Part shown: piece after piece, positions 47,869 through 55,799 of the stretch
How the letters are laid out: each line of letters begins with the position of its first letter
Numbering within the stretch: the first letter of the stretch is position 1
NCBI GenBank assembly: GCA_036806345.1
Contig: DAIROT010000009.1
Span: 1-58,692 of the forward strand
Direction: 5' to 3'
DNA length: 58,692 nucleotides
Source: Acidimicrobiales bacterium
GTDB lineage: Bacteria; Actinomycetota; Acidimicrobiia; Acidimicrobiales; QHCF01
Made by a program: the position numbers and the translations under genes
The notes under the pieces: model-generated
The model's database searches: none
What the model was told of the DNA's origin: nothing
Seen by the model: only the letters and a program-made list of their open reading frames with translations

Positions 47869-48726
47869 TCACACTGAGCCGGCCCCGGGCGATCGGCTCG
47901 CTCCACCGTCCAGACAGCATCGCCCGAGGTCGAATGTTTCGCTCACTCGGGTCGCCCAGTAGGCGCTCACATGGGGACTGTGGCTGGGGTCGATGACCCG
48001 GCCCACCGGGACGATGGCAACCACTTGAGCGCCGGCCCGATGCAGGGCGGCGGCTGCGCTCTGGGCCCGAGCCCCCGACGTGAAGGTGTCGTCGACCAGC
48101 AGTACCCGGTCACCGTCGACCGGTCGGCAGGTGGAAAATCCGTTCACGCTGGCTCTGGTGTGTCCCAACCGACCAGGACCGCGGCACAGAGTGGGCCGGT
48201 GCCGGGCGGCCAACTCACGCACCTGACCAAGGGCCGCCTCCAGGGGATGGGTACCGGTTCGCCCGGTTGACGAAGGCACGGTGCTCAGGTAGTCCCACCC
48301 TGTACCTGCCGCTGTCCGGAGGCAGTCGCCGTGGTCCACCAGGAAGCGGACCAGGAGGGTGGTCACGGACCTGGCGGCCCGGCGTCGACTGTCCTGTCGA
48401 GCCGCGTCTTTGTACCGGCGGAGGCAATCGTGGAGCGGGCTGCGGACCACGTACAGGCTCATCGGCACCACCAGCGGGCAGACCCATCCGAGCTGGCCGG
48501 CCACCCGGGCACAGGACCAACAGGTGGCAAAGCCGGGGCGGGGGCAACCGTGGCACAAGGCGCACACGCCAGGGCCACTCGGTGGCACCGGCCGGCACAG
48601 GCGAGCCAGGGCATCAGCCAGGCCGAAGTCAGCTGGGCCGAAGTCAGCTGGGCCTAAGTCAGCTGGGCCTAAGTCAGCTGGCGGAGTGGAGGCGAATCGA
48701 GTATCGCTGAGCAGGGCGCCGGCCAC
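47869..48726 (-). CDS. ComF-type phosphoribosyltransferase (PRTase) with N-terminal Cys-knuckle zinc finger and a pentapeptide-repeat N-terminus
   Basis: CALCHGC...CWSC zinc-ribbon-like cysteines. PRPP-binding loop DRVLLVDDTFTSGARAQSAA. N-terminus PADLGPADLGPADFGPADFGLADA. Starts 9 nt after the upstream DprA-like gene ends. Confidence 0.8.
   Translation of the reverse strand: MAGALLSDTRFASTPPADLGPADLGPADFGPADFGLADALARLCRPVPPSGPGVCALCHGCPRPGFATCWSCARVAGQLGWVCPLVVPMSLYVVRSPLHDCLRRYKDAARQDSRRRAARSVTTLLVRFLVDHGDCLRTAAGTGWDYLSTVPSSTGRTGTHPLEAALGQVRELAARHRPTLCRGPGRLGHTRASVNGFSTCRPVDGDRVLLVDDTFTSGARAQSAAAALHRAGAQVVAIVPVGRVIDPSHSPHVSAYWATRVSETFDLGRCCLDGGASRSPGAGSV
48621..48680. repeat. 15-bp tandem repeat x4 (ggcc[g/t]aagtcagctg) inside the PRTase N-terminus
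   Basis: Units start at 48621, 48636, 48651 and 48666. A partial related copy lies just upstream (48610-48620). Confidence 0.95.
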
Positions 48727-48735
48727 GGACCCTCC

Positions 48736-49560
48736 TCACAGCAACCGTAGCTGCTCGGGTCCCGACACCGAGGGCGACGGCTGCCCCTTGGTCGTCGCCT
48801 CGAGGCGGGCCTGTCGATCCAGGATGCCCACCAGTCCGCCCAGGTCCCCGACCACCGCCACGCCATTGCGTGCGGCCACAGCCCGGGCCCACGCCTCAGC
48901 TCCGACCAGCTCATCGGGCAGGACCACCAGCCTGCCCTGACCGAGGGCCAGGCGGGCCTGGTGGCGGGCTCCGCTGGTGGCTGATGCCTCCACCACCACG
49001 GTGGCCAGGGCCAACCCGGCCGATACCGCGTTGCGCATGGGGAAGGTCGTCCGGGTGGGTCCGGCGGTGGGCCAGAACTGGGACACGAGACCGCCAGAGC
49101 CAGCGATTCGCTCGGCCAGCGCGGCGTTCTCCGCGGGGTACATGCGCTCGATCCCGGTGCCGAGCACCGCCACCGTACGCCCCCCGGCCTCCAAGGCGCC
49201 CAGGTGGGCGGCGGAGTCGATGCCCCGGGCCAGACCGGACACCACGGTGAAGCCGGCCTCGGCCAGGACCCGAGCCATGGCCCCAGCTCGGGCCCTGGCC
49301 GCCGGCGACGGTAACCGGGTCCCCACCACCGCGACCGCTCGCCAGTCGGCCGGGACCAGCGTGCCCCGCAGAAACAAGAACGGCGGTCGGGCGGCCACCG
49401 TACGTAGATTGGCTGGGTACTCCGGGTCGAGCACAGTGACCAGGCGGATACCCGCCAGCGTGGCCCTCCGGTGCTCGGGCATAGCCCGCCACCGCCGCAG
49501 AGCGGCCGCCGCCGCCTCACCCTGGCGGAAGCCTGCCCATGAATCTGGCGACTTGCCCAC
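48736..49560 (-). CDS. DprA/Smf-like (SLOG/Rossmann) protein, short form lacking the canonical N- and C-terminal accessory domains
   Basis: 274 aa. DprA core motifs VAVVGTRLPSPAA, VVSGLARGIDSAAH, ERMYPAEN, FPMRNAVSAGLA and VVVEASATSGARHQA. Confidence 0.8.
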   Translation of the reverse strand: MGKSPDSWAGFRQGEAAAAALRRWRAMPEHRRATLAGIRLVTVLDPEYPANLRTVAARPPFLFLRGTLVPADWRAVAVVGTRLPSPAARARAGAMARVLAEAGFTVVSGLARGIDSAAHLGALEAGGRTVAVLGTGIERMYPAENAALAERIAGSGGLVSQFWPTAGPTRTTFPMRNAVSAGLALATVVVEASATSGARHQARLALGQGRLVVLPDELVGAEAWARAVAARNGVAVVGDLGGLVGILDRQARLEATTKGQPSPSVSGPEQLRLL

Positions 49561-49646
49561 CTCACGACCGTAACGCTGGGGTGTGACTCTGTACCCTGGG
49601 ACCCGGTGTCGGGGCCTTCCAGGCTGGGCCTTCTAGCATCGGCCCA

Positions 49647-50825
49647 GTGCCCACCGCCGTCATCATCGACGCCGTGCGTAGTCCCCTGGGCAGACGCAAT
49701 GGTCAACTGGCCGGCTGGCATCCGGCCGACCTGGCGGGCGAGGTACTGGCTGGCCTGGTGGGGCGCAACGACTTGGATCCGGTCCTGGTCGAGGACGTGA
49801 TCATGGGCTGCGTCATACAGGTGGGAGAGCAGGCCCTCAACATCGGGCGAAACGCAGTCCTGGCCGCCGGCTTTCCGGAGTCGGTCTGCGCCACCACCGT
49901 CGATCGTCAGTGCGCATCCTCCCTGCAGGCGGTCAGCTTCGCGGCTCAGGGCGTCATGGCGGGAGCCTACGAGGTGGTGGTGGCGGCAGGAGTCGAGTCG
50001 ACCACCCGAGCTCCGATGGGGGCGTCCATGGTCCCCGGACTGGGCGCCCCCTTTGGGCCGGCCATGACCGCTCGCTATGCCCCGGTCGGGGGCCTGGTAC
50101 CCCAGGGGATTGCGGCCGAGGCGATCGCCGACCGATGGCAGCTGTCTCGCCACGATCTCGATGCCTATGCCGTTACCAGCCACCAGCGGGCGGCCCGGGC
50201 CAGCACCGAGGGCCGGTTTGCAGCCCAGATCATACCGATGAAGGTGCGCGACGCTCAGGGCCACGAGACCGGTGAGGTGACGAGCCAAGACGAGGGGATA
50301 CGTCCCCTCACGACAATGGAGAGCCTGGGCCGGCTGAGGCCTGCTTTTCGACTTGGCGGCTCGATCACCGCCGGCAACTCGTTCCAGATGGCCGACGGAG
50401 CGGCCGCCGTGCTCGTCATGAGTGAGGGGCGAGCGGAGGCACTGGGTCTGGTGCCCCGAGCTCGATTGCGCGCCTTTGCCATGGCCGGTGTAGATCCGGT
50501 CACGATGCTCAGCGGACCGATCCCGGCTACTGCCAAGGCCCTGGAGCGGGCCAACCTGACCCTGGACGACATCGGCCTGATCGAGATGCACGAATCGTTT
50601 GCGTCGGTTGTGCTGGCCTGGGCCCGGTCACTGGGCCTAGACATGGCGAGAGTCAACGTCAATGGAGGAGCCATTGCCCTCGGCCATCCCCTCGGCTGCT
50701 CCGGTACCAGGCTGGTGACCACCCTGGTCCACCAGTTGGAGAACAGCGGCGCCCGCTATGGCCTGGCGGCCGCGGGTGAGGTGGGCGGGACGGCCAACGC
50801 CCTGGTCATCGAGCGCCTTGGCTGA
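49647..50825 (+). CDS. Acetyl-CoA C-acyltransferase (thiolase)
   Basis: 392 aa. Active-site Cys region VDRQCASSLQAV and C-terminal NVNGGAIALGHPLGCSGTRL. Confidence 0.92.
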   Translation: MPTAVIIDAVRSPLGRRNGQLAGWHPADLAGEVLAGLVGRNDLDPVLVEDVIMGCVIQVGEQALNIGRNAVLAAGFPESVCATTVDRQCASSLQAVSFAAQGVMAGAYEVVVAAGVESTTRAPMGASMVPGLGAPFGPAMTARYAPVGGLVPQGIAAEAIADRWQLSRHDLDAYAVTSHQRAARASTEGRFAAQIIPMKVRDAQGHETGEVTSQDEGIRPLTTMESLGRLRPAFRLGGSITAGNSFQMADGAAAVLVMSEGRAEALGLVPRARLRAFAMAGVDPVTMLSGPIPATAKALERANLTLDDIGLIEMHESFASVVLAWARSLGLDMARVNVNGGAIALGHPLGCSGTRLVTTLVHQLENSGARYGLAAAGEVGGTANALVIERLG

Positions 50826-50951
50826 GCGCCACCAAGAGCGCGCCGGGCAGCACCAGGTGATCGAACCACCGCAGCTTGTCCCCAGGCTGTGGACATACCT
50901 GGGGAGGATCACAACGGTGTAAGTCCGCTGTCTGGCAATCAACGGTAGGCG

Positions 50952-51329
50952 TCAGTGATACTTCATGGCGGTGATGAACCCGGCGAAGATCAGGCCGATG
51001 CCGCCCAGCAGGTACCAGTTGGATGCCCCTCCCGGCAACACGTCGGTGTAGTTCACAACCACCAGCAAAGAGCCGGCGATGAGCAGAGCGAACATGAGCA
51101 CGGGCACCCAGCGGGGGCTCACCTTGACCGAGCGCGGGACCGGCGGGGTGTAGCGGCCCGATTGCGGCGCGGTTACCCGGCCGTGGTGGTTCTGGGACCG
51201 GGCGACGGACGCCCTGGTCTTGGAAGCTTTGCCAACCGGCGCCTTGGCCTTGGAGCCCTTGCTTGCCGACACCTTCTTCCCCGTTGGCTCTCCCGACTTG
51301 GCACTCAACCGCCCAGAACCCGCCGACAT
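50952..51329 (-). CDS. crgA: Cell division protein CrgA with a Lys/Ser-rich N-terminal extension; start uncertain
   Basis: The C-terminal two-TM module RWVPVLMFALLIAGSLLVVVNY...NWYLLGGIGLIFAGFITAMKYH is the CrgA signature. Conserved crgA / trpG / pknB neighbourhood. Confidence 0.85.
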   Translation of the reverse strand: MSAGSGRLSAKSGEPTGKKVSASKGSKAKAPVGKASKTRASVARSQNHHGRVTAPQSGRYTPPVPRSVKVSPRWVPVLMFALLIAGSLLVVVNYTDVLPGGASNWYLLGGIGLIFAGFITAMKYH

Positions 51330-51387
51330 GGCGGCCAGGCTAGCTCCGAGGCGCCGTGCACTCAGATGAGCCGTGCCAAGCTGGGGC

Positions 51388-52014
51388 ATGGCCGACGGCG
51401 TCAGCAGCACCGTGAACCTCACGACCAGGCCGGCCCGCGTGCTGGTCATCGACAATTACGACTCGTTTGTCTACAACCTGGTCCAGCAATTGGGCGAGCT
51501 GGGGGCCGAGCCCCTGGTGTACCGCAACGACGCCATCGGAGTGGCCGAGGCTATCGCTCTGCAGCCCGACGCCGCGGTCATCTCCCCAGGCCCCGGCCGG
51601 CCCGAGGACGCTGGCATCAGCGTCCCCCTGATCCGGGAGCTGAGCGATCGGATGCCGGTACTGGGGGTGTGCCTGGGCCATCAGTGCATCGGGCAGGCCT
51701 TCGGAGGCCAGGTCATCTCCGCTCCCGAGATCATGCACGGCAAGACCTCGCTGGTACGCCACCAGGGTCAGGGAGTGCTGGCCGGCCTGCCCGACCCCTT
51801 CCAGGCCACTCGTTACCACTCTCTGGTCGTGCAGCGGACATCACTCCCGCCCAGCCTCGAGATCACAGCCGAGGCGGGCGACGGGGTCATCATGGGACTA
51901 CGTCATCGCCAACTGGCGGTCGAGGGCGTCCAATTTCACCCCGAGTCCATCCTGACCCGCGTCGGCCGGCGAATCGTGGAGACCTTCCTGGCCGGCGCAA
52001 GACAAACCGCCTGA
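51388..52014 (+). CDS. trpG: Glutamine amidotransferase of anthranilate / aminodeoxychorismate synthase (TrpG/PabA)
   Basis: Motifs VLVIDNYDSFVYNLVQ, ISPGPGRP, GVCLGHQ and QFHPES. A GTG at 51373 is an alternative start. Confidence 0.9.
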   Translation: MADGVSSTVNLTTRPARVLVIDNYDSFVYNLVQQLGELGAEPLVYRNDAIGVAEAIALQPDAAVISPGPGRPEDAGISVPLIRELSDRMPVLGVCLGHQCIGQAFGGQVISAPEIMHGKTSLVRHQGQGVLAGLPDPFQATRYHSLVVQRTSLPPSLEITAEAGDGVIMGLRHRQLAVEGVQFHPESILTRVGRRIVETFLAGARQTA

Positions 52015-52067
52015 AGGTGGGCGAGGGGCTCGGGCGGTATCGACACTCTTTCGCGAAAAATTGCCGC

Positions 52068-54020
52068 TCAGGTCGTCGGCGTGGTACCCCCCGGGCCGGT
52101 TGTGCTGGTGGTCGATGAGCTGGAGGTCGAGGTGGTGGCGGCCGCGTACTGGCCGATGGTGATGGTCACCGTCGACCCAGCAGTCACGGTGGTGCTGCCG
52201 GTCGGGCTCTCGGCCACCACGGTGTTGTTGAGGCTCTGGGTACTGGTCGGCTGATAGGCCTTGACCACCCGGAAGCCGTCGGCAATGAGGGTGGCGGCGG
52301 CCTGGCCCTGGCTCTGTCCGGTCACGTCCGGCACCGTGACCTGCTGGCTCCCGCTCGAGGTGACCAGGTCGACGCTGGACCCGGGCGAGACGGCGGCACC
52401 GGCCGGCGGGCTGGTGCGGATGACGTTGCCGGCGTGAATGGACGATGACGGCTCGCTGGTGGTGCTTCCTGGCGTCAGGTTGGCCCGGCCCAGGGCGGCC
52501 CCGGCCTGGCTAACCGTGTCGCCGCTGAGGTTGGGAACCGTCACCTGAGTGGGAGCAGCAGCCACCGTCAGGGTCACGGTGGAACCCTGGGCAGCCATCC
52601 CCGTCGGGTCCTGTTTGAGCACGATACCGGGTTGGGCGGAGCTGCTCGGCTGCTGCTGAACCTGCACCTTGAACCCGGCCGCCCGGAGGGTGGAGGAGGC
52701 GTCGGCTTCGGCCTTGCCGGTGACGTCAGGGATGTTCACCTGGTTGGGGCCAACCGTGAGGGTAACCAGCGTACCGCTGGGCTGGGTGGTGCCAGCTTTG
52801 GGGTTCTCATCCGTAACCGTGCCCGACGTGGCATTGGGTGGGCTGGTGGCCACCTTGAAATGGTCGTGCTGGAGAGCCTGGGTGGCCTGGCTCACACTGT
52901 TGCCCAGTACCGAGGGGACGGATGCGGTGGCGGGTGTGGAACCGCCGAAAAGGCCCAGGGTGTGGGCCAGCAGGAACAGCACGACGGCCAGGACGGCCAG
53001 CAGGCCGACCAGCAAGGCGACGTATGCCCCCGTGCGCCGATTGGGACCGCGTTCCTCGGGGACGGCCCGCCTGGCTGGCGCCGTGGCCACAGTGTCATTG
53101 GCACCGGCTGGCACCGCGCCCAGGACCCGGGTGGAGTCCGGGACGGTAGTCGCCACGGTGGGGGTGGCCTGCACCGCCCGTCCCTGGCGAAAGCGCAACA
53201 GGTCGGCCCGCAGCGCCTGGGCGGTGTCGTAACGATCCTCAGGCGCCTTGGCCATGGCCTTGAGCACTATCGCCTCGAAGTCCGGGGGAATGGCCGGGTT
53301 GAGCGAGCGGGGGGTGGGAGGTTGCTCACGCACGTGCTTGTACGCAATGGCCAGGGGATTGTTGCCCGAGAACGGCGGATTGCCTGTCACCATCTCGTAG
53401 AGCACCACACCAAGGGAGTAGATGTCGCTGCGGGCATCCACCCCTTCGCCCTGGGCCTGCTCAGGCGAGAAGTAGGTAGCAGTACCCATGACCGCCCCGG
53501 TCTGGGTCAGGCTCTCGTCGGTCCCAGCCGCCCGGGCAATGCCGAAGTCGGCCACCTTGACCTCGCCGTCGGCGGTTATGAGGACGTTGCCGGGCTTGAC
53601 GTCTCGGTGCACGACCCCGTAACGGTGGGCGAAGGCTAGGGCGGCCGCCACCGCGGCACCGATGCCCGCAGCCCGGTCGGCCGACAGCGGCGCCTCGGCC
53701 TTGATGATGTCCGAAAGGGTCTCACCGTCGATGAACTCCATGACGATGAAGTAGGTGTGGTCGGCCTCACCCCAGTCGTAGACCGGCACGATGTTGGGGT
53801 GGCTGAGGTTGGCGGCTGCCTGGGCCTCCCGGCGGAAGCGCTCGACGAAATTGCGGTCGACGGACAGCTCGGGAAACAGCACCTTAAGGGCAACCGGGCG
53901 GTCGAGACGTAGGTCGCGAGCCAGGTAGACCTCAGCCATTCCGCCCCGAGCGATCTGGCCCGCCAGCTCGTAGCGCTCGTTGTACACGGATCGAGGTGCC
54001 TCAGTGGTCATGCCGGCCAA
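52068..54020 (-). CDS. pknB: Ser/Thr protein kinase PknB with four extracellular PASTA repeats
   Basis: Hanks kinase domain (GGMAEVYLA, VALKVL, HRDVKPGNVLI, DFGIA), a TM helix, then four repeats of the V.VP...G.....A...L...G form. Confidence 0.93.
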   Translation of the reverse strand: MAGMTTEAPRSVYNERYELAGQIARGGMAEVYLARDLRLDRPVALKVLFPELSVDRNFVERFRREAQAAANLSHPNIVPVYDWGEADHTYFIVMEFIDGETLSDIIKAEAPLSADRAAGIGAAVAAALAFAHRYGVVHRDVKPGNVLITADGEVKVADFGIARAAGTDESLTQTGAVMGTATYFSPEQAQGEGVDARSDIYSLGVVLYEMVTGNPPFSGNNPLAIAYKHVREQPPTPRSLNPAIPPDFEAIVLKAMAKAPEDRYDTAQALRADLLRFRQGRAVQATPTVATTVPDSTRVLGAVPAGANDTVATAPARRAVPEERGPNRRTGAYVALLVGLLAVLAVVLFLLAHTLGLFGGSTPATASVPSVLGNSVSQATQALQHDHFKVATSPPNATSGTVTDENPKAGTTQPSGTLVTLTVGPNQVNIPDVTGKAEADASSTLRAAGFKVQVQQQPSSSAQPGIVLKQDPTGMAAQGSTVTLTVAAAPTQVTVPNLSGDTVSQAGAALGRANLTPGSTTSEPSSSIHAGNVIRTSPPAGAAVSPGSSVDLVTSSGSQQVTVPDVTGQSQGQAAATLIADGFRVVKAYQPTSTQSLNNTVVAESPTGSTTVTAGSTVTITIGQYAAATTSTSSSSTTSTTGPGGTTPTT

Positions 54021-54056
54021 AGCCTACGCCACCGGTCCGGTCTGGCGACCGAGCCG

Positions 54057-55796
54057 TCATCGGCCCGTACCAAGGTTGCCGGTACCTGGTGTGCTGCCCC
54101 CGCCGGGGGGTGCGGTGGCGGTGCTGGGTGTGCTGCCTGTTCGGGGTGTGCTGCCTGTTCGGGGTGTGCTGCCTGTTCCGGGTGTGCTGCCGGTGTTAGG
54201 TGTGTTGCCGGTGTTAGGTGTGTTGCCGGTGTTCGGGGTGCCGGCAGTGCCGGGTGAGCTGCCTCCACGACCAGTTCCTGGGCCGCCGGTACCTGGGGTT
54301 CCGCCGGCTGGCGGAGCAACCGGAGAGCCGGCAGGAGGCGCCGAGGCCCCCGGCTTGGCCAGGGCGGCGGCCAACATGGCCCGGGCAATGGGCCCGGCCA
54401 CCACCGAACCAGTCGGGTTGGACGGCAGACCGGGCTGGGGCTCGATCACGACGGCCACCGCCACGGTGGGCGCTCCCGCCGGAGCAAAGGCGACCAGCCA
54501 GGAGGTATTACTGGTGCTGGCACCCTCGGCGGTCCCCGTCTTGGCCGCCACCTGCACCCCGGGCAGCGCCACGTTGGTGGCCGTCCCTCCCTGGGTGACT
54601 CCGACCATCAGGTCCCTCACCATCCCGGCCGTCTGGGCCGAGGTGGCGTGCATCCACGTTCGGGGCTGCCAGGCCCGGACCATCTGGCCCTGACTGTCGC
54701 GGATCTGGGCCATGACGTGCGGGACCATGATGTTGCCGCCATTGGCGATGCCCGCCACCGTGAGGGCATTCTCGAGGGCGGTGGTGGTGACGTTCTGCTG
54801 GCCGAGGGCCGAATAGGCCAGTGCCGGCAGGTTTTGGTGAAAGGCTGAGGGCGGGGGGAAGTTGGAGGCGGCCACGGACGGCAGATCGAGTGGCGGGGTG
54901 TGGTCGTAACCGAAGGCGTTGGCCTCGCTGGCCAGATTCTGGGCCCCCAGGTCCAGTCCCACCTGAGCGAATCCGGTGTCGCAGGAGACCTTGAGCAGCT
55001 CGGGCAGCATTCCCCCGCAGGACTCCCCGGCGAAATTGTGCAGGGTCCGATTGGTCTCGGGCAGTACCAGCTGGGTCAAGATTGGGTACGACTTGCTGGC
55101 CAGAGCCGGGTCATGGTCGAAGACGCCAGCCGAGTCGACCACCTTGAAGGTCGATCCCGGAGGGTAAGCCCGCCGATAGGCCCGCGCCAGCAAGGGCTGT
55201 GAGGGATCTGCCAGGTAGGCGGCCCGGGCCTGGGTGACCATGGCCTGGTCGTGGGAGGCCAGGGCATTGGGGTCGTAGCTGGGGAAGCTGTACATGGCCA
55301 GCACCGAGCCATCCCTTGGGTCCATGGCAACTACCGCTCCCTTGAGGTGACCCATGCTGGTGGCCGCCTGTTGCTGCAGACGGTTGGAGATCGTGAGAGT
55401 CAGGTCCTCGGTCGTGGTCCGGGGGCGCAACAGATCGCTCAGGTGGCGAATGAGCAGTGTCTGGCCACTCAGGTCCTTGTCGTAGGTGGCCTCCACGCCA
55501 TCGCTGCCGTAGGTCAGGGAGAAGAAGCCAGTGATGCCGGCAAACAGGGGCCCTTGCGGGTATTGACGCACCAGCTTGTAGGCGTCGTTGGAGGGGACAG
55601 AGCGAGCCACCACCACACCGTCAGCGGTCTGGATGACGCCCCGCGGACGGCTGAAGTCGGCGGTGATGTGCCGGCTGTTGCCTGGGGCGTTGGCCAGCTT
55701 GGCTGCCTGGAGCACCTGGATGTTGTTGAGCTGGAGGAACAGCACCCCGAACAACACGATCAGCACGAAGCCGATACGGCGGATCTGGCGATCCAA
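54057..55796 (-). CDS. pbpA: Class B penicillin-binding protein (PbpA-type transpeptidase) with a Gly/Thr/Pro-rich repeat tail
   Basis: Motifs STFK (PPGSTFKVV), SCD/SxN region and KTGTA. C-terminal tail GTPNTGNTPNTGNTPNTGSTPGTGSTPRTGSTPRTGSTPST. Confidence 0.9.
   Translation of the reverse strand: MDRQIRRIGFVLIVLFGVLFLQLNNIQVLQAAKLANAPGNSRHITADFSRPRGVIQTADGVVVARSVPSNDAYKLVRQYPQGPLFAGITGFFSLTYGSDGVEATYDKDLSGQTLLIRHLSDLLRPRTTTEDLTLTISNRLQQQAATSMGHLKGAVVAMDPRDGSVLAMYSFPSYDPNALASHDQAMVTQARAAYLADPSQPLLARAYRRAYPPGSTFKVVDSAGVFDHDPALASKSYPILTQLVLPETNRTLHNFAGESCGGMLPELLKVSCDTGFAQVGLDLGAQNLASEANAFGYDHTPPLDLPSVAASNFPPPSAFHQNLPALAYSALGQQNVTTTALENALTVAGIANGGNIMVPHVMAQIRDSQGQMVRAWQPRTWMHATSAQTAGMVRDLMVGVTQGGTATNVALPGVQVAAKTGTAEGASTSNTSWLVAFAPAGAPTVAVAVVIEPQPGLPSNPTGSVVAGPIARAMLAAALAKPGASAPPAGSPVAPPAGGTPGTGGPGTGRGGSSPGTAGTPNTGNTPNTGNTPNTGSTPGTGSTPRTGSTPRTGSTPSTATAPPGGGSTPGTGNLGTGR
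54127..54252. repeat. 18-bp tandem repeat x7 (ggtgtgctgcctgttcgg and variants) encoding the PbpA C-terminal tail
   Basis: Units start at 54127, 54145, 54163, 54181, 54199, 54217 and 54235, diverging progressively. Confidence 0.95.
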
Positions 55797-55799
55797 GGC

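Noticed and set aside
48669-50591. 640-aa minus-strand ORF spanning the DprA-like gene region and the thiolase gene.
   Set aside because: It is out of frame with DprA and antisense to a textbook thiolase. The composition is low-complexity (R/G/P/W-rich) with no motifs.
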